Of a stretch of 64,000 nt of DNA, positions 17,686-26,959 are shown piece by piece. The stretch is from an uncultured virus (IMG/VR IMGVR_UViG_3300019372_000169) (lineage: Duplodnaviria > Heunggongvirae > Uroviricota > Caudoviricetes). Numbering within the stretch: position 1 is the stretch's first letter; each line of letters starts with the position of its first letter. A program made the position numbers and the translations under genes. Under the pieces are notes generated by a model. That model had not been told where the DNA came from. It searched no databases and was given only the letters and a program-made list of their open reading frames with translations. The DNA is taken from IMG/VR virus record IMGVR_UViG_3300019372_000169, one strand, 5' to 3'.

Positions 17686-20198
17686 TGGTGTTAGTCTATG
17701 ATTCCAAGACGCAGGAATTTTCGAATGACGGACTGGGGGCGGTCACTCCCAGTTCCTGTGTCGTTTCGGAAGAAATCAACGGCGCGTTTGAACTGGAACT
17801 GACGCATCCGGTCGATTCCTTCGGCAAGTGGAAACGGCTCCAGAAAAACAATATCATCCGGGTGAATACGCACAGGGGTCCACAGGTGTTCCGCATCTAC
17901 CGTGTGGTCAAGAATGTTGTTGACGGCACGGTAAAAGTAAATGCCCGGCACATCTTCTATGACCTGTTGGCCAATTTCGTGGAGGACGTCCGACCGACCG
18001 GAAAGACCGGAGCGGAAGCCGGACAACAGATTCTAAGCGGATGCCAATACCTGACTCCGTTTACCTTCTCAAGCAACATCACGCACATTTCCACCGCCTA
18101 CTATATCCGCCAGTCCCCGGTGCAGGCATTCCTCGGCGACACCAATCAGGCGTTTATCGCCCGATGGGGCGGTGAAATTGTTCGTGACAACTACAGTATT
18201 GCAATCAACACCCGGCTTGGGGCGGACAACGGAGTGCGGATCGCTTACGGAAAGAACATGGCGGGGCTGGAATTTCAGGAGGATGCTTCCGGCGTTACGA
18301 CGCGGATTCTGCCGACGGCTCTGACCGAGGATAATCAAATTCTGTTGCTCCCTGAAAAATACATCGACAGCCCGCGCATCGCCGATTATCCGTTTCCTAT
18401 GATTGCAGTGATGGACACCGAATTTCAGGTCGGGAAAGAAGTGGACGGCGCGGTTCCGTATCCCACAGTCGATTCCTGCTATGACGCCATGCGACAGTTT
18501 GTTGCCGACCGGTATCTTGCCGGAGCCGACATTCCGAAGCTCTCTCTGTCCGTGGATTTCGTGGACTGGAAGGACATCACCGGATATGAAAAATACAGGT
18601 CTTTGCTGACTGTAAACCTCGGCGATGACGTGACGGTCGATTATGCACCGTTTGGCGTCAGTGTCAAGCTCCGGGTTTGTGCGGTATCATACAACTGCCT
18701 GACCGACCGATTCGAAACGCTAACCGTCGGCGAAAAGCGGATTTCCGTCGTGAATTCCATAAACTCCGCTTCGCAGCAGATCAGCAAAGTGAAGCAGGAG
18801 ATTACGGTCACAAACCAAACTGTATCGGGAATTTCCGGCAGTGTATCCGACCTCAACAGCGACGATAAGCTGACTCCGGGTGAAAAAAGCGCCGCCCTGC
18901 GGGAATGGAGTTCCTTTGCAAATGAAAAGGGGACGCTCGGTACACAGGCCACGGCGCTTGGAATTACGACCGACCTTTCTGCCTATAACGACGCGTTTCA
19001 GCTTCTGTCCAATTATCTGAACGGCGGCGCATTGTACACGACCGGAATTCCGCTCTGGTTGGATGAGGAGCATCGGGATACCACCACCGACATCAGCGGC
19101 GAACAGTACCGGCAGAAATTTGAGGATTACTACTCCGCCCGAAACATACTGGTTCAGGCGATTACCGCAAAGCTCAAGGCGCTGGCTGATACCGCACAGA
19201 ACGGCGTCAACGCCAACACGAACGAAATCACGACGATCAATTCGACGCTCACGACAGTTCAGACCGATGTGAACGGCCTGCAGACTTCGGTTTCCAGCAT
19301 CGACGACCAGATTTCCAACACCGAAGACGGAATCGCGCTCCGACTTTCGAACGCGGAATCGACCATTGAACAGCACAGCGCTTCCATTGTCACAAAAGTG
19401 GAAAGCAGCACGTTCGACGGATATGTTTCAGGAAATGACGCGCAGCTTACCGATGTCGATACTCGGCTTACCACGATGCAGCAAACTGTGGACGGCTTGT
19501 CGCTTTCGATCAGCCAGACCGGCTACCGGAATCTGCTGAAGAATTCGGCGAGCCGGAACGGGCTGACTTTCTGGAGCACAACCGGAACAGTCACTACCGT
19601 TTCCAATACGGACACCTCAAACAACACGGTCAGCAATTCCGCGTTCCAATTGGCGGCAAACAGTACTATTTCACAGGATTTCTCCCTGAAATTCAACACG
19701 GCACATACGGCCTCTTTGCTCTTTCAGGCTTCCGGCTCCGGCGGAACAGTTACGGTCAGCATTACACAAAACGGTGCCGAATCCGTTTTATATGACAACA
19801 CAAATACCGGCACGGACTGGGAGCTTGTCACCTTTTCCTTCCATTCTCTGGACACGGTCTGCTCCATTAAAATTACAGCTTCCATTGAAATTCTCGCGTC
19901 CGATCTAATCGTTTCCGAGGGCACAAACATCGCACCATGGGTACAGTCCGACGAGGAGCTCTACACGACGAATTTCATTGCGGACGGCACCGGCCTGACG
20001 ATTGGGAGCAACACCACAGATATGAAGGCGCATATCTCCACGTCGGCATTTGAAATCTATCGCGGCGACGATCTGCGAATCAACGTCGCGCCGGACGGAA
20101 CACGCCTGCAAAAAACCATCATTGAGGACGATCTTACCGTCGGCAGCGTCAAGGAAATTGTCCGGGCCGGGGTCGGAGTGGACTTCGTTGTAATATAG
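17685..20198 (+). CDS. Tail spike / Tal-like protein
   Basis: EEINGAFELEL, QVFRIY, ARHIFYDL, WGGEI, YGKNM prophage-tail domain; coiled coil and beta-rich C-terminus. Confidence 0.85.
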   Translation: MVLVYDSKTQEFSNDGLGAVTPSSCVVSEEINGAFELELTHPVDSFGKWKRLQKNNIIRVNTHRGPQVFRIYRVVKNVVDGTVKVNARHIFYDLLANFVEDVRPTGKTGAEAGQQILSGCQYLTPFTFSSNITHISTAYYIRQSPVQAFLGDTNQAFIARWGGEIVRDNYSIAINTRLGADNGVRIAYGKNMAGLEFQEDASGVTTRILPTALTEDNQILLLPEKYIDSPRIADYPFPMIAVMDTEFQVGKEVDGAVPYPTVDSCYDAMRQFVADRYLAGADIPKLSLSVDFVDWKDITGYEKYRSLLTVNLGDDVTVDYAPFGVSVKLRVCAVSYNCLTDRFETLTVGEKRISVVNSINSASQQISKVKQEITVTNQTVSGISGSVSDLNSDDKLTPGEKSAALREWSSFANEKGTLGTQATALGITTDLSAYNDAFQLLSNYLNGGALYTTGIPLWLDEEHRDTTTDISGEQYRQKFEDYYSARNILVQAITAKLKALADTAQNGVNANTNEITTINSTLTTVQTDVNGLQTSVSSIDDQISNTEDGIALRLSNAESTIEQHSASIVTKVESSTFDGYVSGNDAQLTDVDTRLTTMQQTVDGLSLSISQTGYRNLLKNSASRNGLTFWSTTGTVTTVSNTDTSNNTVSNSAFQLAANSTISQDFSLKFNTAHTASLLFQASGSGGTVTVSITQNGAESVLYDNTNTGTDWELVTFSFHSLDTVCSIKITASIEILASDLIVSEGTNIAPWVQSDEELYTTNFIADGTGLTIGSNTTDMKAHISTSAFEIYRGDDLRINVAPDGTRLQKTIIEDDLTVGSVKEIVRAGVGVDFVVI

Positions 20199-20209
20199 GG
20201 AGAAACCGT

Positions 20210-21913
20210 ATGAGTGAAATCATCAGCGCCCTGCAGAACGGATCGCAGGTCAAGGTTGTGTATTCCTACACCCAGAATATCTCCGCGAATACGTCGGCGA
20301 TCACCGCTTCCCTGTATGTTCACCGCGACAGCTACGGACCGTCGTATGCCGATTCCTGTACCGCGTATATCAACATCAACGGCTCGCGGGTCATGACATA
20401 CACGGCGGGCTTCACCATCGGGTCAAGTTGGGTGCAAATCGGCAGCACCGTTACCGCAACCGTTGCGCACAATGCCGACGGTACAAAAATCGTCAACATC
20501 GCCGGATACTTCAATTCCAGCGTCACCTCAAAACTGGAAAATCTCAGTGTTTCCCAGAATATCACGCTGACGATAATTCCAAGGGCGAGCCAAATCACGG
20601 CATCCTCCGGTTCTTTCAACATCGGCGGCTCCATTACAATCTACACGAACCGGAAGAGTACTTCCTTTACGCATGCCCTGAATTTGTATTTCGGCGGCTA
20701 TGCCACGACGATCACCTACGATATTACCGACAGCTATGTTTGGAACACCTCCGGGTGGGTCTCGGCCATGTACCAGCAGATTCCAAACACGAATACCGGA
20801 ACCGGCACGCTGCGGCTCATCACCTACGACGCAGGCAATAACGTGGTCGGATACACGGAACTGGGAATTACGGCCCATGTGGTCAACAGCAATCCGTCGT
20901 TCACCAGCTTCTCCTATGCGGATGTGGATTCCAATACCGTTGCGCTGACGGGCGATTCTTCGCAGATCGTCCAGACAAAATCGAACATCCAAGTTACTGT
21001 GACCGGCGCGGCGGCACAGAATTACGCGACGGTTTCTTCCTATCGAATACAGTATGGCTCCAAGACGGTAACGAGCAGTTCCAATGTCATCAGCTTCGGA
21101 ACCGTGTCCGCAAGCGACAGCCTGATCGTGACCGTCGTCGACAGCCGAGGCAACACTGCTCAGCAGAGCGTAGCGCTTTCCACAATTGCCTATTCCCCGC
21201 CGGTGATTTCTTCCGTTTCGCTCTCCCGCGTAAACAACATCGAAGCGGGAACGGTGCTGGAATTCGCCGGGACATACACGGTCTACATGGTAACGAAAAG
21301 TCAGTATTTTCTGAAATACCGGTACAAGACAACTTCTTCCAGCACATGGAGCGAATACGTCCCCGTCACGCCGACCGTGAGCGGCGGTGATTTCTCGTTC
21401 AACGCCAGCATCGGGAACTTCGATATCGACTTGTCGTTCAACTTTGAGATCGCGGCGTCCGACTATTATGTCTCAACCGTACAGTCTGCCCTGCTGCCCA
21501 CGGCAAAGCCGGTCTTTTCCATCCGCGACGGGCAGATCGGCGTCAACAAAATCCCGGAGAACGGGGCGCTGGACGTCAGCGGCGACGTTTATATCTCCGG
21601 TTCCAAGGCTTACAGCGACGGCTATCATCCCAGCGCCGATACTGTAGACGGGCTGCACATCCTGCGCGGCGCGGCATCCGGAACCACGGCGACACAAACG
21701 GCATACGGTTCCATCTATTACTCGGCGGATATCAACATCAGCTTCGGAACGACTTTGCCGGTAGTTCCGTATGTCCTGACGTCGTTCAACACGAACGGCT
21801 TCGGCTACTGCGTCATCAAAAGCACAAGTACGACCGGGTTCACAGTCAAAATCACCAATGAGGTCACATCCTCGGGTGTAAACTGGGGAATCCACTGGCT
21901 TGCGGTGTATTGA
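20210..21913 (+). CDS. DUF859-like siphovirus minor structural / receptor-binding protein
   Basis: HNADGTK, TIIPRAS, DSRG motifs; short beta-rich fibre-like C-terminal domain. Confidence 0.75.
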   Translation: MSEIISALQNGSQVKVVYSYTQNISANTSAITASLYVHRDSYGPSYADSCTAYININGSRVMTYTAGFTIGSSWVQIGSTVTATVAHNADGTKIVNIAGYFNSSVTSKLENLSVSQNITLTIIPRASQITASSGSFNIGGSITIYTNRKSTSFTHALNLYFGGYATTITYDITDSYVWNTSGWVSAMYQQIPNTNTGTGTLRLITYDAGNNVVGYTELGITAHVVNSNPSFTSFSYADVDSNTVALTGDSSQIVQTKSNIQVTVTGAAAQNYATVSSYRIQYGSKTVTSSSNVISFGTVSASDSLIVTVVDSRGNTAQQSVALSTIAYSPPVISSVSLSRVNNIEAGTVLEFAGTYTVYMVTKSQYFLKYRYKTTSSSTWSEYVPVTPTVSGGDFSFNASIGNFDIDLSFNFEIAASDYYVSTVQSALLPTAKPVFSIRDGQIGVNKIPENGALDVSGDVYISGSKAYSDGYHPSADTVDGLHILRGAASGTTATQTAYGSIYYSADINISFGTTLPVVPYVLTSFNTNGFGYCVIKSTSTTGFTVKITNEVTSSGVNWGIHWLAVY

Positions 21914-21968
21914 TCATGGCGGACGGAACACTGTTGATTTTAGCGCTTTGCCGTAAGGGGGCGGTCGC

Positions 21969-22418
21969 ATGACCGGTGAGCAGAAACAGGAAATAGTTCT
22001 ATTGAGAGAGCAGGGGGCGAATCTCACCGAGATTGCCGAAAAGCTTGGTCTGCCCAAAAACACGGTGAAAACCTTCTGCTGGCGGCACCGTGTCACACCC
22101 GCTGCTTCCACTGAGCAGCCGCGAATCCCTTTCGGTAACTTTTGCCTGAACTGTGGCAAAGCAATCCCATATGAGGCAAAAAAGAAGCCTAAGAAATTCT
22201 GCTGTGACAAATGCCGCGAGGCATGGTGGAATCATAACCGACGCACTGTTCATAAAGAAGCTTTATGCCGTTCGGTCTGCGCCCACTGCGGAAAGGAATT
22301 TGAAAAATTCGCAGATTCTAAACAGCGCTACTGCTGCCACGCCTGTTACATATCCGCTCGTTTCGGGGAGGCAAAGCATCATGGAAATGAACCGCGAGCA
22401 GTTTCAAAAAGAACTTGA
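21969..22418 (+). CDS. HTH + Cys-rich zinc-finger protein of the recombination module
   Basis: EIAEKLGLPKNTVKTFC HTH; CxxC, FCCDKCR and YCCHAC clusters. Confidence 0.75.
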   Translation: MTGEQKQEIVLLREQGANLTEIAEKLGLPKNTVKTFCWRHRVTPAASTEQPRIPFGNFCLNCGKAIPYEAKKKPKKFCCDKCREAWWNHNRRTVHKEALCRSVCAHCGKEFEKFADSKQRYCCHACYISARFGEAKHHGNEPRAVSKRT

Positions 22419-22566
22419 TTACGGCACCGCTATGGCACTGGTGCGTGAAATGCTGGAGGAGGGTGTCATCAGTCGCGAGGAGTTCACCCGCATTGATACG
22501 ATGTACCTTGACCGTTACTGTCCGGTGTTCCGCCGGATAGAACTCCCCGAAGCACGTCAGGAATGA
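22381..22566 (+). CDS. Small SHOCT-like protein
   Basis: MLEEGVISREEF motif; precedes the recombinases. Confidence 0.65.
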   Translation: MEMNREQFQKELDYGTAMALVREMLEEGVISREEFTRIDTMYLDRYCPVFRRIELPEARQE

Positions 22567-22638
22567 TATGGAATAGGCCGTCATCGCTTGACTTGCCTTG
22601 CTTTCAGAGCGTTAATGGTAACGAAGAAGGTGAATTTA

Positions 22639-23907
22639 ATGCAGGTAAGACAAATCTATACTCCCGCGCCGGAGCCGGTAAAAAAGCGTGTCTGCGCTTA
22701 CGCGAGGGTTTCCTCCGGCAGCGACGAACAGCTTCACAGCCTGTCAGCGCAGGTCAGCTATTACAGTGAAATGATTGGCAAAAATTCTGATTGGGAATAT
22801 GCCGGAGTTTTTTCCGACGAGGCATTTACGGGGACAAAAGAGTCACGTCCCGGCTTTCAGGAAATGCTGAGCCGGTGCCGCACCGGAGAAATCCAAATGA
22901 TCATTACGAAGTCCATTTCGAGGTTTGCCAGAAACACCGTCACCGTACTGCAATCGGTGCGGGAACTGAAAGCCATCGGAGTGGACGTCTTTTTCGAGGA
23001 ACAGAATATCCATTCGCTTTCCGGTGAGGGCGAATTCATGCTGAGCGTCCTATCCTCATTCGCGCAGGAGGAGAGCCGTTCCTGCTCTGAAAACTGCAAG
23101 TGGCGGATTCGCAAGGACTTTCAGGAGGGCCGCCCCAACACGGGAAGGCTGCTCGGTTACCGCCTTTCCGGCGGAGTATTGACCGTTGTACCGGAGGAGG
23201 CCGAAACGGTCAGGGAAATTTACAGAGATTATTTAAGCGGCATGGGTATGCTCGCAATCATGAAAAAATTCCGTGCGCGCGGTGTGTTCATAAGCAAGGG
23301 CGGGGTTTCCGGTATTCTCCGAAACGAAAAATATATAGGCTCTATGCTTTTACAGAAAACCTTTGTACGAGACCACCTCACAAAGAAAAAAATGAAGAAC
23401 ACAGGGCAGCTTCCGCAGTTTTTTGTGGAGGATAGCCACGAGGCAATTATTGACAGGGATACATGGGACGCCGTGCAGGATAAGTTAGCCTGCCGCGCCA
23501 GTTCGCATCCCCCGAGGAAAGCACCTGACAGTTATCCATTTACCGGGCTGATTCGATGCGGAAAATGCGGCGCGCCCTACCGGCGCAAGCACGCCAATGC
23601 CGGAAAACCCTATGAGAAAATCGTGTGGATATGCGCTACCTTTAATACGCTGGGAAAGGCCGAATGCGACAGCCAGCAGATCCCGGAGTCTGTTTTGGAA
23701 ACACTGGCAGAGGAAGTAGGCGGTATCTCACAAATATCCGAAGTTATGGTGCCGGAAGCGAACCGGCTGATCTTCCGCATGAAGAACGGTTCGGAAATTG
23801 AGCGCGAATGGCAAAACCCGTCGCGCCGTGAGAGTTGGACGCCTGAAATGCGCGAAGCCGCCCGGCAAAGAGCCCTTCAGCAGCGGGGAAAGGAGAAAAA
23901 CTGGTGA
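22639..23907 (+). CDS. Large serine recombinase 1
   Basis: AYARVSS catalytic Ser, KSISRFARN, LRNEKYIG, zinc ribbon CGKCG. Confidence 0.93.
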   Translation: MQVRQIYTPAPEPVKKRVCAYARVSSGSDEQLHSLSAQVSYYSEMIGKNSDWEYAGVFSDEAFTGTKESRPGFQEMLSRCRTGEIQMIITKSISRFARNTVTVLQSVRELKAIGVDVFFEEQNIHSLSGEGEFMLSVLSSFAQEESRSCSENCKWRIRKDFQEGRPNTGRLLGYRLSGGVLTVVPEEAETVREIYRDYLSGMGMLAIMKKFRARGVFISKGGVSGILRNEKYIGSMLLQKTFVRDHLTKKKMKNTGQLPQFFVEDSHEAIIDRDTWDAVQDKLACRASSHPPRKAPDSYPFTGLIRCGKCGAPYRRKHANAGKPYEKIVWICATFNTLGKAECDSQQIPESVLETLAEEVGGISQISEVMVPEANRLIFRMKNGSEIEREWQNPSRRESWTPEMREAARQRALQQRGKEKNW

Positions 23908-25511
23908 GCAAAAAACAGATAACGGTCATTCCCGCGACTATCGGTCTTCACCAAAAATCCGCTTTCGGTGACCCCACCGCGAAACGGCGCGTGGCGGCCT
24001 ACGCGCGGGTATCCACCGACAGCGAGGAACAGCAGACCAGCTATGAGGCGCAAGTGGATTATTATACGAAATATATCAAAGAGCGCGATGATTGGGAGTT
24101 CATCAAAGTCTATACAGATGAGGGAATTTCAGCGGTAAACACCAAACGCCGCGAGGGATTTAAGCAGATGGTCGCGGACGCTCTGGCGGGGAAGATTGAT
24201 CTGATTGTTACTAAATCGGTCAGCCGCTTCGCACGGAATACCGTAGACTCCCTGAACACCATACGCCAGCTGAAAGAAAAACATGTGGAGTGCTATTTTG
24301 AAAAGGAATCAATCTGGACGTTTGACGGCAAGGGCGAACTGCTTCTCACCATCATGTCATCGCTGGCGCAGGAGGAATCAAGGTCTATCAGCGAAAACGT
24401 TACATGGGGGCAAAGAAAACGCTTTTCAGACGGAAAAGTAACGATGCCTTACGGGCGGTTTCTCGGCTATACCAAAGGCGCTGACGGCAAACCGAAGATT
24501 GTGGAGGAAGAAGCCCGGATTGTCCGTGAGATATTTCAGATGTTTTTAAACAATATCTCCATTCGCGAGATATGCAGAGAATTAACGCAGCGCGGTGTTC
24601 CCACCCCCGGCGGGAAACAGAACTGGGCGGTCAGCACTGTGCGCAGCATTCTGTCCAATGAGCGTTACAAGGGCGACGCACTTCTGCAAAAGCGTTTTAC
24701 AGTAGATTTTCTCTCCAAAAAGATGAAGCGGAACGAGGGCGAGGTTCCTCAATATTATGTAGAAAATTCGCATCCGGCGATTGTTTCGCCTGAGATGTTT
24801 GATTTGGTACAGGCAGAGCTTGAAAAAGTCATCACCGCCGGATATAAGCGAAGCAGTGTCAGCTGCTTTTCCGGCAAGATTTTCTGCGCGTACTGCGGCG
24901 AAGTCTATTCCCGCAAAACGTGGACTACGACAAAAAACCGCCAGCCTGTGAAACGTCAGGTTTGGCAGTGCAGCGCGAAATATCCGGAGCGCGGAGAAGT
25001 GTGCCCTTCCATCCATATTACGGAAGATGAGATTAAAGAAGCGTTTCTGCTGGCGTTCAATCAGATTATAGACGACCGCGAACGGTACATAGCGAGCCTC
25101 GAGCCCATCTTAGAGCTTCTTGCCGACACTGGCGAACTGGATGCAGAAGAATCCGTTTTAAAGGAACGCGCCGACGGAATCTATGCCCAGATGGAGTCGG
25201 TGGTGAACGAAAGCGCTCGGAAGGCACAAAATCAGGACGGCCTGCGCGAACGCTATGTAGAGCTTAACAGTCGTTATGAATCGGTCAAAAAACGGATCGT
25301 CGAGGTTGCCGACGAGAAGCTAGCCAAACGGGTTCGGCGGGAAAATATCCTGCGTTTTATGGATACGGTCAGGGAACGCGAAAATCTGCTGACCGCTTTT
25401 GATGAGCCGCTCTGGCGGGCAGTGGTCGAGCACATGACCGTCCGCACAAAAAAAGATATTGTGGTGTGCTTCCGCGACGGGCAGGAGGTGAAAGTTGATA
25501 TCACACACTAA
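23904..25511 (+). CDS. Large serine recombinase 2
   Basis: AYARVST, KSVSRFARN, LSNERYKG, CAYCG, C-terminal coiled coil. Confidence 0.95.
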   Translation: MSKKQITVIPATIGLHQKSAFGDPTAKRRVAAYARVSTDSEEQQTSYEAQVDYYTKYIKERDDWEFIKVYTDEGISAVNTKRREGFKQMVADALAGKIDLIVTKSVSRFARNTVDSLNTIRQLKEKHVECYFEKESIWTFDGKGELLLTIMSSLAQEESRSISENVTWGQRKRFSDGKVTMPYGRFLGYTKGADGKPKIVEEEARIVREIFQMFLNNISIREICRELTQRGVPTPGGKQNWAVSTVRSILSNERYKGDALLQKRFTVDFLSKKMKRNEGEVPQYYVENSHPAIVSPEMFDLVQAELEKVITAGYKRSSVSCFSGKIFCAYCGEVYSRKTWTTTKNRQPVKRQVWQCSAKYPERGEVCPSIHITEDEIKEAFLLAFNQIIDDRERYIASLEPILELLADTGELDAEESVLKERADGIYAQMESVVNESARKAQNQDGLRERYVELNSRYESVKKRIVEVADEKLAKRVRRENILRFMDTVRERENLLTAFDEPLWRAVVEHMTVRTKKDIVVCFRDGQEVKVDITH

Positions 25512-25523
25512 TTATGCTATGAT
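25495..25523 (+). promoter_or_regulatory. SigA-type promoter for the MBL gene
   Basis: TTGATA-17-TATGAT with extended TGn; the -35 lies in the last codons of the recombinase. Confidence 0.6.
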
Positions 25524-25559
25524 AGCAGTAATTTTGAAATTCGAAAGCGGTAATCACAT

Positions 25560-26324
25560 TTGGACAATTGGTTTACAACGGAAAAAATAGATAATGATAC
25601 TTTTGCTATCAGTGAATACAAACATTGGGAAGAAACTCATTGCTATCTTCTAATCGGAGAAAGCCGGGCAGTACTGATTGATACGGGGATCGGCGTTTCA
25701 AATATACGACAGATTACAGACACTTTAACGTCACTTCCCATTTCAGTGGTAACGACGCATGCCCATTGGGATCATATTGGTGGTCACAAATATTTCAGTA
25801 ATATAGCGGTGCACGAAAAGGAAGAAAAGTGGGTTTCGACTCATTTTCCAATTCCCTTGGCTGTAGTAAAGTCAAATTTGACGAAAGAACCCTGCGACTT
25901 TCCAAAGAGCTTTGATCTAAACAATTATCAGATATTTCAGGGTAAGCCAACAAGGATTCTGAAAGATCGTGATATAATTACCCTCGGGAACAGACAGCTG
26001 GTCGTTTTACATACACCCGGACACTCACCGGGACATATCTGTTTCTATGAGCCCGAACGTAAATACCTTTTTTCTGGGGACTTAATTTATAAAGGATGTT
26101 TGGATGCCTTTTATCCCTCAACGGACCCGATTCAATTCATGAACTCAGTTCATGCCATAAGGGATTTAGAAGTTCAAAAACTTTTGCCAGCACACCATAC
26201 GCTGGATATCTCAAGTGATTTTATCAAGGCAGTGGACGATGGGTTTCAAAGCATTTATACACAAGGGAAGTTGCGGCAGGGAAATGGCATTTTTGAATTT
26301 AAAAATTTCAGTATACACATTTAG
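25560..26324 (+). CDS. MBL-fold metallo-hydrolase
   Basis: LIDTG, THAHWDHIGG, TPGHSPG, FSGD, PAHH. Confidence 0.92.
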   Translation: MDNWFTTEKIDNDTFAISEYKHWEETHCYLLIGESRAVLIDTGIGVSNIRQITDTLTSLPISVVTTHAHWDHIGGHKYFSNIAVHEKEEKWVSTHFPIPLAVVKSNLTKEPCDFPKSFDLNNYQIFQGKPTRILKDRDIITLGNRQLVVLHTPGHSPGHICFYEPERKYLFSGDLIYKGCLDAFYPSTDPIQFMNSVHAIRDLEVQKLLPAHHTLDISSDFIKAVDDGFQSIYTQGKLRQGNGIFEFKNFSIHI

Positions 26325-26387
26325 TCACGCTTTAAGCCTTGCATAATTTAGTTGCCATAGGAAGTGCCATCTCCTCACTGGACAACC

Positions 26388-26531
26388 CCGGTTACACTAA
26401 AACATTATGCACAAGCCGTTTCGTGTTTTAGTGTAACCGGCCTTATTTTGTCCCAATGCAAACCTCGAAAACGGCTTGTACACTGGGCAAAAACGCCTTG
26501 TCCACCTGAAACCACAGCTTGTGCATAATGT
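26388..26531. repeat. Nested inverted/direct repeat cluster (candidate element junction)
   Basis: 17-bp perfect IR 26388-26404/26424-26440; 15-bp IR 26402-26416/26517-26531; three AAACGGCTTGTGCA-like units. Confidence 0.7.
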
Positions 26532-26538
26532 AAAAGAA

Positions 26539-26578
26539 AAACCCCGGAAAGCCAATAAACAAAGGCTTTCCGGGGTTT
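26539..26578. terminator. Strong hairpin, probably a bidirectional terminator
   Basis: AAACCCCGGAAAGCC...GGCTTTCCGGGGTTT between convergent genes. Confidence 0.65.
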
Positions 26579-26651
26579 GCGTCAACAGAGTATTACGATT
26601 GACGTTTTGATTTGGCAAATGCTGATAATTTTGATACAGTGAAACCTTTTT

Positions 26652-26734
26652 CCAGCAATCGTCAGCGCAAGTTTAGGTATTGTTAGCGCAAGTACGAATC
26701 GTAAGCGCGGGTTCATTGGCCGTATCATAAGCGC
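26652..26734. repeat. Array of four AATCGTAAGCGC-like units, with a partial copy at 28131-28173
   Basis: Units at 26657, 26678, 26697, 26723; 35/43 identity to 28131-28173 after removing one 21-nt unit. Confidence 0.65.
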
Positions 26735-26767
26735 GATTACAAAGTAATCATTTGATGGCGCCAATCT

Positions 26768-26959
26768 TTAATCCTTTTTCGTAAAAGCCTTTACTGCGGT
26801 CCAGACGCCACTTGCTATTAACCCAAGAACACCTAATACGGTTACGCCAGTGTCACCAGCCTTCTTTTTACAAGCAGAACAGATGCCAGTTTTGTTTTTT
26901 CCGACTATAGTTTTTCCGCATATTTTACATTTTCGTACTTCTTCAGTTCCCTTGCTCAT
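26768..26959 (-). CDS. Small Zn-finger + transmembrane protein
   Basis: CKICG..CSACK followed by a hydrophobic helix; overlaps the upstream gene. Confidence 0.7.
   Translation of the reverse strand: MSKGTEEVRKCKICGKTIVGKNKTGICSACKKKAGDTGVTVLGVLGLIASGVWTAVKAFTKKD

Larger units (their letters stand above)
1..26600 (+). mobile_element. Prophage-like element 1 (packaging, head, tail and serine-recombinase modules; left part lies outside the window)
   Basis: Colinear HNH-terS-MTase-terL-portal-Clp protease-capsid-tail-tape measure-recombinases. The right boundary is approximate (repeat-rich 26388-26600). Confidence 0.9.

Noticed and set aside
17685..21913. Diversity-generating retroelement or invertible tail cassette
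   Set aside because: No reverse transcriptase, template repeat or duplicated tail ends seen.
25560..26324. Beta-lactamase resistance gene
   Set aside because: No signal peptide; only generic MBL-fold motifs.
26388..26734. Possible CRISPR array
   Set aside because: Units are short, degenerate and irregularly spaced, with no unique 30-40 nt spacers and no cas operon. DUF2800 is a phage Cas4-like nuclease.
26582..26764. 60-aa minus-strand ORF
   Set aside because: It merely translates the repeat array and is unlikely to be coding.
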